58,637 nt of DNA. It comes from an uncultured Candidatus Binatia bacterium (GTDB lineage: Bacteria > Desulfobacterota > Binatia > UBA1149). The position numbers and the translations under genes are program-made. Each line of letters starts with the position of its first letter. Within the stretch, counting starts at the first letter, position 1. The notes below the pieces were generated by a model, which saw nothing but the letters and a program-made list of their open reading frames with translations, was not told where the DNA came from and did not search any database. Below, in pieces: positions 10,005 through 20,663 of this stretch. Where the stretch lies: assembly GCA_963579235.1 (NCBI GenBank), contig CAUZFM010000001.1:1-58637 (forward strand), read 5' to 3'.

Positions 10005-10928
10005 CTAACCCGACCTCGTGGCCGGGGTCAACACCGGCTCGAGCAGCTCGAGGCCTGGCGCGTCGGCGTCGAGCCTCACCCTGCATCCGAAAGGTAGCAC
10101 ACCGTTGTCGCAGCCGTGCCCCGACTGCAGCCCCCAGGCCACCGGGCAGTCAATGCCAGCCAATGCCTCGAGAACTATGTCCCTTAGAACGTCGGGACCC
10201 TGGCCGTCATCGCAATCTGTCATGGGGCCAAGCACCAGGCCGGCTACGCGATCGAGTTTTCCGGCCTGCCGCAGGTGGGTCATCATGCGATCGATGCGGT
10301 AGGGTTTCTCAGCGACGTCTTCGAGAAACAGTATGCGCGATTCCGTGTCGATTTCAGCGGGAGTCCCCAGGGTAGTGACCAGCACCGAAAGGCAGCCCCC
10401 GACCAGCAGGCCCTCCGCCACACCACCGCGCCAGCACTGCTCGGCCTGGCCGGCAAACCAGTTGTCTTCGCCGAAGAGGAAACGCCGGAACGACTCCCTG
10501 GCAGCTTCGCCGAGGCGCGGGAGATCGGCCGCGACCATGGGCGCGTGGTAACAGGCCACGCCGGCTTCCTGCACCACGCGGTTGAGCAACAACGAAAGGT
10601 CGCTGAAACCGGTGAGCATTATGGGATTGGCAGCCACCAGCGCCGTGTCAAAACGGTCGAGCAGGCGAGCGCAGCCGAAGCCTCCGCGAACCGCCATCAC
10701 GGCCCGGTAGTCGTTGTTGGAAAAAGCCTCGGTGAGGGCAGCGGCGCGCCGCTGGTCGGAGTCGGCCATGTAGCGAAGCCGCCCATCGACGGCCAGCGTG
10801 ACCGGGTCCAGTCCCCAATCGCGCAACAGTTGCACGCCGGTTGCCAGGCGGACGGGGTCGCATACCCCGGCCGGGGCCACCAGGGCGACCCTGTCGCCTG
10901 CTGCCAGGGGAGCTGGTTTGACCATCAT
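10005..10928 (-). CDS. ldcA: LD-carboxypeptidase (muramoyltetrapeptide carboxypeptidase, peptidase S66)
   Basis: 307 aa with GDRVALVAPAG and GFSDLSLLL (nucleophile Ser), plus His in the C-terminal region. Confidence 0.85.
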   Translation of the reverse strand: MMVKPAPLAAGDRVALVAPAGVCDPVRLATGVQLLRDWGLDPVTLAVDGRLRYMADSDQRRAAALTEAFSNNDYRAVMAVRGGFGCARLLDRFDTALVAANPIMLTGFSDLSLLLNRVVQEAGVACYHAPMVAADLPRLGEAARESFRRFLFGEDNWFAGQAEQCWRGGVAEGLLVGGCLSVLVTTLGTPAEIDTESRILFLEDVAEKPYRIDRMMTHLRQAGKLDRVAGLVLGPMTDCDDGQGPDVLRDIVLEALAGIDCPVAWGLQSGHGCDNGVLPFGCRVRLDADAPGLELLEPVLTPATRSG

Positions 10929-11056
10929 CTGTTTACCAGCCTACTGCCCTTGGCAGAGTTTTCAACAGGACCGCCGATAACATAGCCCAACGATCGTTTA
11001 TCTCTGGCGGTAACCACCAGCCCCCGGTATTGTAGCCCCGGGATGGGGCACGCAGC

Positions 11057-11335
11057 ATGAAAGACCGTAGCAAGCAGTCGATAGAGGACGTCGCCATGCA
11101 GGCCGCCCGCAAGTTACTCGACGAGGCCTCGCCAGCAATAAAAGGCCCCCACGGCGTGGTGGCCGAGGCCGTTTCGGCAGCGATCTCGGCCAACTTTGCC
11201 GCCGAAGCCTCCATCCAGCTCGAAGCCGAACGAACGTTTGAAAAGCTGGGCAGCTCGACCTCCGGCATGGACCGCGGCACGCTCCTGCGGGGGCTGAAAG
11301 AACGCATCGCCCAGGCCAGGGGCTTTGCCCTGTGA
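11057..11335 (+). CDS. Hypothetical small helical protein (92 aa)
   Basis: High GC3 on the plus strand. Stop overlaps the GTG start of the next ORF (GTGA). No family recognised. Competing antisense ORFs look like GC artefacts. Confidence 0.45.
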   Translation: MKDRSKQSIEDVAMQAARKLLDEASPAIKGPHGVVAEAVSAAISANFAAEASIQLEAERTFEKLGSSTSGMDRGTLLRGLKERIAQARGFAL

Positions 11336-11613
11336 GCGGCGGCGGACAGGGAATGTCGGACCAGAGGGTCGAGTCTATCGCGACGACCGCCCTCGGGACC
11401 TTGAGAAATACTGCTGGCGTCAGCGTGGCGGACGAAGGCGCGGCGCTGCGCGTGCTGGCCTCGGTCATTATGGCCGCCTGGGCCCACGACCCCGAGCTCG
11501 ACCGGACCGTGAGGCAGCGAATCGAGTCGCTCAGCCGACAGGTGCCAGAGGGCAGCAGCGAGTGGGACCTGCTATACCGGCAGTACAGCGAAGAACTGGC
11601 CAAGCGGCGCTAG
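11332..11613 (+). CDS. Hypothetical small protein (93 aa), translationally coupled to the preceding ORF
   Basis: 4-nt overlap with 11057..11335. Plausible composition. No family recognised. Confidence 0.45.
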   Translation: MSGGGQGMSDQRVESIATTALGTLRNTAGVSVADEGAALRVLASVIMAAWAHDPELDRTVRQRIESLSRQVPEGSSEWDLLYRQYSEELAKRR

Positions 11614-11665
11614 GAACCCGGGCCCTCGCGACCGGCCCCGGGGCCAGGCTTACCCCTTATAAAAG

Positions 11666-11698
11666 TGCCCTTAAGAGGCGGGCGGGCAGTTTTTTTTT
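11666..11698 (+). terminator. Weak hairpin followed by a T9 tract
   Basis: TGCCC...GGGCA stem followed by ttttttttt. A T9 run is conspicuous in this GC-rich DNA. It lies downstream of the two small ORFs. Confidence 0.35.
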
Positions 11699-11708
11699 CC
11701 TAATATCC

Positions 11709-11736
11709 TTGACACGCGGCTGCCCGCCATTAATGT
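11709..11736 (+). promoter_or_regulatory. Candidate promoter for groES-groEL
   Basis: TTGACA-N16-TAATGT about 110 nt upstream of groES. I saw no CIRCE (TTAGCACTC-N9-GAGTGCTAA) element. Confidence 0.35.
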
Positions 11737-11843
11737 TCGCAAGGTTTGGGCAGCGAATAGCCCGCCTACTGGGCTACTAAGCGCCCTCGTTACGTTAATT
11801 TTCAGACTCAATACTCGTCAGGCTCAGGAGGCAGACACACATC

Positions 11844-12134
11844 ATGAAGATTCGTCCATTACAGGATCGCGTACTCGTACAGCGAATCGCCGAGGAAGGA
11901 CTTTCCGCCGGCGGCATCATAATCCCGGATTCAGCAAAGGAAAAGCCCCAGGAAGGCAAAGTGGTCGCCGTTGGAGGTGGCCGCATCAACGATGACGGAT
12001 CGGTGCGCAAGCCCGGTGTCAAAAAGGGCGACAGCATCCTTTTCGGCAAGTACTCCGGCAACGAAATCGATATAAACGGTATCGAGCACCTGATCATGCG
12101 CGAGGACGACATCCTCGGCGTGGTCGAAGGCTGA
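11844..12134 (+). CDS. groES: Co-chaperonin GroES
   Basis: 96 aa, [18 protein letters not shown]...[30 protein letters not shown] upstream. Confidence 0.97.
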   Translation: MKIRPLQDRVLVQRIAEEGLSAGGIIIPDSAKEKPQEGKVVAVGGGRINDDGSVRKPGVKKGDSILFGKYSGNEIDINGIEHLIMREDDILGVVEG

Positions 12135-12208
12135 GCCGCGTATACCAACTGAAAGCAACCCCGCGGTGGCCCGTAGTGCTACCAAGGAAAAAAAACCCAG
12201 TCGGGTAA

Positions 12209-13897
<1,689 letters not shown>

Positions 13898-13925
13898 ACC
13901 CCCTGTTTTACGGGGAGAAATCCTT

Positions 13926-13966
13926 GGCCCCCCGTCGTCTTAACAGTCGGCGGGGGGCCTTTTCTT
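13926..13966 (+). terminator. Rho-independent terminator after groEL
   Basis: GGCCCCCCG-loop-CGGGGGGCC followed by TTTTCTT. Confidence 0.8.
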
Positions 13967-13998
13967 GACCACTGATATCAGAAAATAGGCCGCAGCCC

Positions 13999-14027
13999 TT
14001 GAGAAGAGCCGCAAGGTCTAGTATTAA
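13999..14027 (+). promoter_or_regulatory. Candidate promoter of the rpsP operon
   Basis: TTGAGA-N17-TATTAA about 55 nt upstream of rpsP. Confidence 0.3.
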
Positions 14028-14085
14028 CTGAAGGAATCTGACCGCGGGTGACCGTGGCGCACGGGAAACCCAGGAAGCATATTTG

Positions 14086-14346
14086 ATGGCTGTTACGATT
14101 CGATTGACCAGACGCGGGACAAAAAAACGCCCCTTCTACAGGGTGGTAGCTGCAGACAAGCGAGCTCCACGGGACGGAAGGTACCTTGAAGTTCTGGGTA
14201 CTTATAACCCGGTGGCAGATCCGCCGGAGGTCAAACTTGAAGGGGAGAAAATCGAGCAATGGGTGAAGAAGGGAGCGATACCATCACCGACAGTAGCCAA
14301 GCTGATGAAGAAAGCCGGCCTGCCAACGACGAACTCGACGCTGTAA
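14086..14346 (+). CDS. rpsP: 30S ribosomal protein S16
   Basis: [42 protein letters not shown]. The track start at 14083 is a TTG one codon upstream of the ATG. Confidence 0.95.
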   Translation: MAVTIRLTRRGTKKRPFYRVVAADKRAPRDGRYLEVLGTYNPVADPPEVKLEGEKIEQWVKKGAIPSPTVAKLMKKAGLPTTNSTL

Positions 14347-14597
14347 AGAACCAGGGCGAGGGCCTCAAGGAGCTCCTGGAGTTCCTGGCGGCTAACCTGG
14401 TTACCAAGCCCGAAGCTGTCGAGGTGACCCACTCCATCAGCGATGAGTCTTCCGTACTTGAACTGCGCGTAGACAAGGGGGACCTCGGCCGCGTGATAGG
14501 CAAGCAGGGGCGCACCGCCAAGTCGTTGCGCACCATTCTCAACGCTGCTGCTTCGCGCACCAACTGCCGCGCCGTCCTCGAGATCATCGAGGACTAG
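14259..14597 (+). CDS. KH-domain RNA-binding protein (YlqC/UPF0109-like)
   Basis: [21 protein letters not shown]...[21 protein letters not shown] (GxxG KH motif). The only canonical start (ATG 14259) lies 88 nt inside rpsP. See finding. Confidence 0.8.
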   Translation: MGEEGSDTITDSSQADEESRPANDELDAVKNQGEGLKELLEFLAANLVTKPEAVEVTHSISDESSVLELRVDKGDLGRVIGKQGRTAKSLRTILNAAASRTNCRAVLEIIED

Positions 14598-14687
14598 GGG
14601 CCTGCGGCGCAGGCTCCGGGTCAGATTTCAACCAAGCAGCCATTTCCCGGCGAGTTACTCGCCGGACGAATCCTGCGCGCGCACGGA

Positions 14688-15173
14688 TTGAAAGGCGCGC
14701 TGCTGCTCAAGGCCAACGACTACATCATGGACGCCCTGCTGCCCGGCACCCGGGTGATACTGAGACGCGACGGAGACGAGCTGCTGTCGGCTGCCGTCGA
14801 TCAGCTCAAGCGCAGGCACGATGACGCCCTGCTCAAGCTGGTGGGAGTAGAAGGCCGCAACGCAGCCGAGCCGCTCGCGCGCAGCGATGCCTGGATACCC
14901 GAGGACTGCCTGCCCGACGTCGAAGACGACGCTTACTTCGAAAACGATATTCTCGGAGCGACGGTAGAAGACAGCTCCGGCTCGGTGCTGGGGCTGGTGA
15001 CCGAAGTGATTCAGACCGGGGCCAACGACGTATGGAAGGTCGAGGGTCCCGAAGTCACGGCCCTGATCCCGGTCGTAAAATCAGTGGTCACGAGCATCGA
15101 CAGCGAGGCCGGTCGAGTGGTGGTAAACCGGGAAGGCCTCGTTTTCAGCCGCGGGGGAGAAGACAGCGCATGA
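14688..15173 (+). CDS. rimM: 16S rRNA processing protein RimM
   Basis: [10 protein letters not shown]...PRC-barrel C-terminal part. Conserved N-terminal residues (FPGELLAGRILRAHG) are in frame upstream of the first canonical start (TTG 14688), so the true start is uncertain. Confidence 0.85.
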   Translation: MKGALLLKANDYIMDALLPGTRVILRRDGDELLSAAVDQLKRRHDDALLKLVGVEGRNAAEPLARSDAWIPEDCLPDVEDDAYFENDILGATVEDSSGSVLGLVTEVIQTGANDVWKVEGPEVTALIPVVKSVVTSIDSEAGRVVVNREGLVFSRGGEDSA

Positions 15174-15910
15174 GTCGCCCCGGGCCCGAGTTTCACGTCA
15201 TCAGCCTGTTCCCGGAAATGTTTTCGCCGGCCTCGTTGTGCGGCGTTACCGGTAAGGCCGTCGAACAAGGACTGGTTGGGCTCACCGCGTACCAGCTGCG
15301 TGACTTTACCGGCGGTAGCATACACCCGGTTGATGACTCGCCCTACGGCGGCGGGCCGGGCATGCTGATGAAACCTGAGCCGGTGTTTGCGGCCGTTGAA
15401 CAGGTAAGCAGCACCGCGCCGCCGGGGGTGAGCGTGCTGCTCACGCCGCAGGGACGGCGCTTTGGCCAGGAAGCTGCTGCCAGGCTGGCCGACGAGAAAC
15501 GCGTTCTCTTGTTCTGTGGTCGATACGAGGGAGTGGACGAAAGAATCCGCCCGCTGTTCGACGAGGAGTTGTCCATCGGCGACTACGTTCTGAGTGGCGG
15601 CGAGCTGGCCGCCCTGGTGATCATCGACGCCGTCACGCGCCTGGTACCCGGCGTGCTGGGCAGCGACGAATCCACACGTCAGGAATCCTTCAGTGACGGC
15701 CGCCTCGAGTACCCGCAGTACACGCGTCCCGCTGTCTTCAGGGGAGAAGCCGTCCCCGACGTTCTGCGGTCAGGCAACCACGCCGAAATAGAACGCTGGC
15801 GACGGGAACAGTCCGAACGACGAACACGGGCACGCCGCCCCGATCTCGTGGGTGTCGACCGCAGTGCCGGGGGCGACCGTGGCCGTGGCGAAGAGCCCGG
15901 GGACGACTGA
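15170..15910 (+). CDS. trmD: tRNA (guanine37-N1)-methyltransferase TrmD
   Basis: [18 protein letters not shown]...[14 protein letters not shown]...[10 protein letters not shown]...[19 protein letters not shown] at 15170 overlaps the rimM stop (ATGA). The track N-terminal extension is an artefact. Confidence 0.95.
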   Translation: MSRPGPEFHVISLFPEMFSPASLCGVTGKAVEQGLVGLTAYQLRDFTGGSIHPVDDSPYGGGPGMLMKPEPVFAAVEQVSSTAPPGVSVLLTPQGRRFGQEAAARLADEKRVLLFCGRYEGVDERIRPLFDEELSIGDYVLSGGELAALVIIDAVTRLVPGVLGSDESTRQESFSDGRLEYPQYTRPAVFRGEAVPDVLRSGNHAEIERWRREQSERRTRARRPDLVGVDRSAGGDRGRGEEPGDD

Positions 15911-15913
15911 CCC

Positions 15914-16474
15914 GTGTCCGATCTCTACGTGGCGCTGCTGCACCACCCGGTGTACGACCGCAATCACAACGTGGTAACCACTTCGGTGACCAACATCGAC
16001 GTTCACGACATCGCGCGCAGCTGCCGCACATACCACGCCCACGCGTTTTTCGTGGTCACGCCCGTGGATGCCCTGCGCGGGCTGGTTAGAAAAATTTTGC
16101 GCCACTGGCAGGATGGCCCTGGCCGCAGCTACAACGACAATCGCCGGCAAGCCATGGAGCTGGTGCGCCTGCAGCGCGACCTCGAGGGCGTGCTCATAGA
16201 GATCGAGCGCGAAACCGGCGAGCTGCCTATCCTGGTGGCTACCAGTGCCCGCCCCATGCCCCGCCAGACGGCGTGGAAACAAGCCGCCCGGCAGCTGGCC
16301 GACGACAGCCGGCCCTGGCTGCTCCTGCTGGGCACGGGCTGGGGGATGACCGATGAGCTGGTCGAGCGCTGCGAGCTCAGGCTGCCGCCCGTCAACGGCC
16401 CCGGCGACTATAATCACTTGTCGGTGCGAGCTGCAGCGGCGGTAATCCTTGACCGGCTACGCGGCACAGGGTAG
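15914..16474 (+). CDS. Predicted SPOUT-class SAM-dependent RNA methyltransferase (Methyltrn_RNA_4 / DUF2168-like)
   Basis: LYVALLHHPVYDRNHNVVTTSVTNIDVHDIARSCRTY...LLLLGTGWGMTDELV...YNHLSVRAAAAVILDRL matches my recollection of this family, which often sits between trmD and rplS. Confidence 0.65.
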   Translation: MSDLYVALLHHPVYDRNHNVVTTSVTNIDVHDIARSCRTYHAHAFFVVTPVDALRGLVRKILRHWQDGPGRSYNDNRRQAMELVRLQRDLEGVLIEIERETGELPILVATSARPMPRQTAWKQAARQLADDSRPWLLLLGTGWGMTDELVERCELRLPPVNGPGDYNHLSVRAAAAVILDRLRGTG

Positions 16475-16507
16475 AAAGGCGGGTTAGAAAGACCGGGGAT
16501 TGCGCCA

Positions 16508-16852
16508 ATGAACATCATAGACCAGATAGAAGCAGAGCAGCTGCGAGAGTTGCCGGCGTTTCGCCCGGGCGACACCCTGCGCGTACACGCGCGCATCGTC
16601 GAGGGCGATAAAGAGCGAATCCAGGTGTTCGAAGGCGTCTGCATACGGCGGTCCCGCGGCGGCAGCGGCGCGTCGTTTACCGTGCGCAAGACCTCCTACG
16701 GCGTCGGCGTCGAAAGAACCTTCCCCCTTCACTCCCCTCGCATAGACAAGGTGGAGATCAAGACACGCGGCATCGTCCGCCGTAGTCGCCTGTACTACCT
16801 GCGTGACCGCACCGGCAAGGCCGCGCGCATACGTTCACGCGACCAGCGCTGA
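16508..16852 (+). CDS. rplS: 50S ribosomal protein L19
   Basis: [46 protein letters not shown]. Confidence 0.97.
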   Translation: MNIIDQIEAEQLRELPAFRPGDTLRVHARIVEGDKERIQVFEGVCIRRSRGGSGASFTVRKTSYGVGVERTFPLHSPRIDKVEIKTRGIVRRSRLYYLRDRTGKAARIRSRDQR

Positions 16853-16893
16853 CGCCGTTTTCCAGGAGCTGGCGCTACACCAGGAAGCTGGTG

Positions 16894-17865
16894 CTATACC
16901 AGTAAGCAGGCAACGCTGCGTTCATCGCCGCGTGGTAGCAACTGCGGCACTTCCGACGAGCAACGCGCTTCGGCAACCGGGCAGCGCGGATGAAACGGGC
17001 AGCCCCCTGGCGGGTTGACCGGACTGGGCACGTCGCCCTTGAGCACCACCCGCTGCGTACGAGATTTGGCGTCTACGCGGGGCACCGCCGACAACAGCGC
17101 AGCCGTGTAAGGATGCAACGGACGCTCATAGATATCGCGTGCCGGTGCCGTTTCGACCACGCGCCCGAGATACATCACGGCCACGCGGTGGCTGAAATGC
17201 TCCACGACCCTCAGGTCGTGCGAGATAAACACGAAGGTCAAGCCAAACTCCTGCTGCAGCTCGCCCAGCAGGTTAAGTATCTGCGCCTGTATCGAAACGT
17301 CCAACGCCGACACCGGTTCGTCGGCCACCACCAGCTCGGGCTTCACGGCCAGTGCTCGCGCGATGCAGATGCGCTGCCGCTGCCCACCGCTGAACTCGTG
17401 GGGATAACGATCCCAGGCGTCGGCGCCCAGCCCCACCCTCTCCATCAGCTCGAGCACCTGCGTGCGCAGCTCGGCACCCGAGGCCAGGCCGTGGAACTCC
17501 ATGCCCTCCGCTATGATGCGGCCCACCTTCATGCGCGGGTTGAGCGAAGCGTAGGGGTCCTGGAAGACGACCTGCATGCGACGCCTGAAAGGTCGCAGTT
17601 GCCTGCGCGACAAGCCGGTGAGTTGCTGGCCATCAAACTCCACGCTGCCGGCCGTTGGCTCGAGTAACCTCAGCAACAGCCGCCCGAGAGTGGTCTTGCC
17701 GCAGCCCGACTCGCCGACGATACCCAGGGTCTCGCCACGCCACACGTCGAGGTCGACGCCGTCTACGGCTCGAAGCTCGGCACGACCACCGCCTAACACA
17801 CCGCCGCCGGTCTTGAACACCCTCACCAGGCCTCGGGCCTTGAGTAACGGTTCGACTTCAGCCAT
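16894..17865 (-). CDS. Oligopeptide/dipeptide ABC transporter ATP-binding protein (OppF/DppF-like)
   Basis: Walker [10 protein letters not shown], signature FSGGQRQR, Walker B LVVADEP, and a C-terminal oligopeptide_C Cys motif. The start is moved to the internal ATG (MAEVEPLL). Confidence 0.9.
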   Translation of the reverse strand: MAEVEPLLKARGLVRVFKTGGGVLGGGRAELRAVDGVDLDVWRGETLGIVGESGCGKTTLGRLLLRLLEPTAGSVEFDGQQLTGLSRRQLRPFRRRMQVVFQDPYASLNPRMKVGRIIAEGMEFHGLASGAELRTQVLELMERVGLGADAWDRYPHEFSGGQRQRICIARALAVKPELVVADEPVSALDVSIQAQILNLLGELQQEFGLTFVFISHDLRVVEHFSHRVAVMYLGRVVETAPARDIYERPLHPYTAALLSAVPRVDAKSRTQRVVLKGDVPSPVNPPGGCPFHPRCPVAEARCSSEVPQLLPRGDERSVACLLV

Positions 17866-18850
17866 GCCCACCTCCGTTGCTCGCCGGGGGTACCGACGTT
17901 TCAAAACACGCAACCTCGTGCGCACCGCCCTCCAGGAGGGGCTCCTCGCGCTCGCAGCGATCGGTGGCCAGCGAACAGCGGGTGCGAAAGTGGCAGCCCG
18001 ATGGTAGCTCGGTGAGCCTCGGCACCATACCGGCTATGGGCTGCAGCCGTTCGCCGGTTGCCCCCAGCCGCGGCTGCGACGCGATCAACCCACGGGTGTA
18101 TGGGTGCCGCGGACTGGCCAGAACCGAATCGGCCGGGCCCTGCTCGACCACGCGACCGGCGTACATGACCATGACCCTGTCGGCCCTCTCGGCCACAACG
18201 CCGAGATCGTGGGTTATCAGCAGCAGTGCCATTCCCAATCTTTGCTGAAGCTCGCCCAGCAGCTCGAGTATCTGCGCCTGTATGGTCACGTCGAGCGCGG
18301 TCGTGGGCTCATCGGCAATGAGCAGGCTCGGGGTACAGGAAAGCGCCATGGCGATCATTACCCGCTGCCGCATGCCGCCGCTGAGCTGGTGCGGGAAGTC
18401 CCTCGCGCGCGACTCGGCATCGGGAATCTCGACCAACTCGAGCATGCGTACGGCTTCGCTCTCGGCCTCGCGCTTGCCCAACCCCCGGTGCAATCGCAAG
18501 GCCTCGGCCACCTGGAAGCCGACGGTGAAAACCGGGTTGAGCGACGTCATAGGCTCCTGGAAGATCATGGCAATTTCGTTACCGCGTATGGCGCGCAGCT
18601 CGGGCTCGCTCATGTGCAGCAGGTCGACGCCTTGGAACAGAACGCTGCCGCTCTCTATGCGGCCGGGCGGCTCGGGCACCAGGCGCAGAATGGACAGGGC
18701 GGTAACGCTCTTGCCGCAGCCCGATTCGCCGACAACTCCCAGGGTCTCGCCACGATCAATGCTGAAGCTCACGCCGTCGACGGCCCGCGCCACGCCGTCG
18801 GCGGTGTCGAACACCGTCACCAGGTCGCGCAACTCGAGTAATACGGCCAC
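17858..18850 (-). CDS. Oligopeptide/dipeptide ABC transporter ATP-binding protein (OppD/DppD-like)
   Basis: [29 protein letters not shown]. The real start is probably GTG at 18850 ([10 protein letters not shown]). The upstream 132 aa of the track ORF overlap the permease gene and are Arg/His/Gly-rich. Confidence 0.9.
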   Translation of the reverse strand: MAVLLELRDLVTVFDTADGVARAVDGVSFSIDRGETLGVVGESGCGKSVTALSILRLVPEPPGRIESGSVLFQGVDLLHMSEPELRAIRGNEIAMIFQEPMTSLNPVFTVGFQVAEALRLHRGLGKREAESEAVRMLELVEIPDAESRARDFPHQLSGGMRQRVMIAMALSCTPSLLIADEPTTALDVTIQAQILELLGELQQRLGMALLLITHDLGVVAERADRVMVMYAGRVVEQGPADSVLASPRHPYTRGLIASQPRLGATGERLQPIAGMVPRLTELPSGCHFRTRCSLATDRCEREEPLLEGGAHEVACFETSVPPASNGGGHG

Positions 18851-18855
18851 CTGCC

Positions 18856-19686
18856 TCAGCCCTCCCTGAGCCTCGGGTCGAGGACATCGCGCAAGCCCTC
18901 GCCCAGCAGGTTGTACGCGAGCACCGTCAGCAGAATGGCTATGCCAGGACAGACCGACAACCACCAGGCCACCTCTATGGTGTTCTTGCCCTCGGTGAGA
19001 ATGTTGCCCCAGCTCGGGTCGGGCGGCTGCACGCCTATGCCCAGGAAGCTGAGCGCGCTTTCGGTGAGGATAGCGCCGGCCACGCCCAGGATGAAGGCCA
19101 CGAACACCGGCGCCATTGCGTTGGGCAACCCGTGCCTGAGCATGATGCGCAACGACGGCAACCCCAGGCCCTCGGCGGCCAGCATGAACTCGCGGGTGCG
19201 CAGGGCCATGAACTCGGCCCTCACCAGCCGGCACACGCCCATCCACGAGGTGAGCCCGATCACGACCATGATGTTCCAGATGCTGGCGTCGAGAAAAGCG
19301 ATCACCGCCAGTATGAGAAAGAAGGATGGAAAGCAGAGCATCACGTCCACGAAGCGCATGATGACGGCATCGATCATGCCGCCGAAGTAACCGGCCGTAG
19401 AACCGAGCAGCACGCCGATCAGGCTGGCGATGCCAACGGCTACAAAGCCCACCATCAGCGAAACCCTCGCGCCATAAATCATGCGGCTGAGCACGTCGCG
19501 GCCTATGCCGTCGGTGCCCAGCGGGTGCGCTAACGACGGCGCTTCGAGTATCGCCTGGGTATTGATGGCACCCGGGTCGTAGGGCGAAATCACCGGCGCC
19601 AGCACCGCCACGGCAAACAGCAAGGCCACCATCACGCCACCGGCCAGCGTGAGCCGGTTACTCGCTATGCGTGACAAGATGCTCAT
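18856..19686 (-). CDS. ABC transporter permease (OppC/DppC-like)
   Basis: 276 aa, multi-TM, with a BPD_transp_1-type EAA loop region ([20 protein letters not shown]). Confidence 0.9.
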   Translation of the reverse strand: MSILSRIASNRLTLAGGVMVALLFAVAVLAPVISPYDPGAINTQAILEAPSLAHPLGTDGIGRDVLSRMIYGARVSLMVGFVAVGIASLIGVLLGSTAGYFGGMIDAVIMRFVDVMLCFPSFFLILAVIAFLDASIWNIMVVIGLTSWMGVCRLVRAEFMALRTREFMLAAEGLGLPSLRIMLRHGLPNAMAPVFVAFILGVAGAILTESALSFLGIGVQPPDPSWGNILTEGKNTIEVAWWLSVCPGIAILLTVLAYNLLGEGLRDVLDPRLREG

Positions 19687-20657
19687 CTTCGCCTCAACCT
19701 CGGGTCGGCGATCGCGTAGGAAACATCGGCCAGCAGGTTGCCCAGCAGCGTGAGCACCGCGCCGATGACCAGCACGCCCATGACCACCGTGTAGTCACGA
19801 CCCATCACGCTGCTGTAAAAAAGCCTGCCCATACCGGGGATGGCAAAAATGGTTTCGAAAATCACCGAGCCGCCGATGAGGCCCGGTACCGACAGGCCCA
19901 GCAGGGTGATGACCGGCAGCATGGCGTTGCGCAGCGCGTGCCGGTAGACCACCACGCGTTCGGAAAGTCCCTTGGCCCGCGCCGTGGTCACGTAGTCCTG
20001 GCGAAAAACCTCGAGCATGCTCGAACGCATGTAGCGCGACATGCCCGCAAGGCTGGTGATGGCCGCGATCGACACCGGCAACACCAGGTGGCGCGCGCGG
20101 TCGACCACCTTCTCCCACGGCCCGAGCGAGTTGTAGTCCAACGACTGCAGGCCCGACACCGGCAACCACGCCAGCTCCACGCCGAACAGCATCATGCACA
20201 ACAGCGCCAGCCAGAAAGTGGGCATGGCAAAGCCCAGGAATACAAACACCGTGGCCGCGCGGTCGCTGCGCGAGTAAGGATGGGTGGCCGAGTAAACGCC
20301 TATGGGAATCGCCGCGGCCATGACCAGGCACAGCGACATCAGGTTGAGCACCAGGGTCACGGGCAGGGCCTCTGCCACCTTGTCGATGACCGGCCGCGGA
20401 TCGCGCGACAGCGAGTTGCCGAAGTCGCCCACCACCACGCGCTTGAGCCACATCGCGTACTGCACGGGCAGCGGTTCGTCGAGCCCCCAGTGCTCGGCCA
20501 GGCGGTCGCGCAGCTCGGGGCTCGCGTCGGGGTTCATGTCGGTAAGAAGATCCATTGGCGAACCAGGCGCCACGTGGATGACCATGAAAGAAATGAGCGT
20601 GATGCCGAGCAGCAGCGGTACGAGGCCGAGCAGTCGACGGGAGAGGTAGGCGATCAC
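19683..20657 (-). CDS. ABC transporter permease (OppB/DppB-like)
   Basis: 324 aa, [55 protein letters not shown]. 4-nt overlap with the downstream permease. Confidence 0.9.
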   Translation of the reverse strand: MIAYLSRRLLGLVPLLLGITLISFMVIHVAPGSPMDLLTDMNPDASPELRDRLAEHWGLDEPLPVQYAMWLKRVVVGDFGNSLSRDPRPVIDKVAEALPVTLVLNLMSLCLVMAAAIPIGVYSATHPYSRSDRAATVFVFLGFAMPTFWLALLCMMLFGVELAWLPVSGLQSLDYNSLGPWEKVVDRARHLVLPVSIAAITSLAGMSRYMRSSMLEVFRQDYVTTARAKGLSERVVVYRHALRNAMLPVITLLGLSVPGLIGGSVIFETIFAIPGMGRLFYSSVMGRDYTVVMGVLVIGAVLTLLGNLLADVSYAIADPRLRRR

Positions 20658-20663
20658 GCCGAC

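Noticed and set aside
11614-11843. Searched for the CIRCE/HrcA operator (TTAGCACTC-N9-GAGTGCTAA) upstream of groES.
   Set aside because: No match or near match was seen by eye. Only a sigma70-like or heat-shock-like promoter candidate is reported.
18851-19246. N-terminal 132-aa extension of the OppD-like ORF in the track. Similar extensions occur at 49050..49610, 44368..44655, 15032..15169 and 27092..27229.
   Set aside because: The extensions overlap neighbouring well-supported genes and are Arg/Gly/His-rich. Internal starts give N-termini matching the family consensus.
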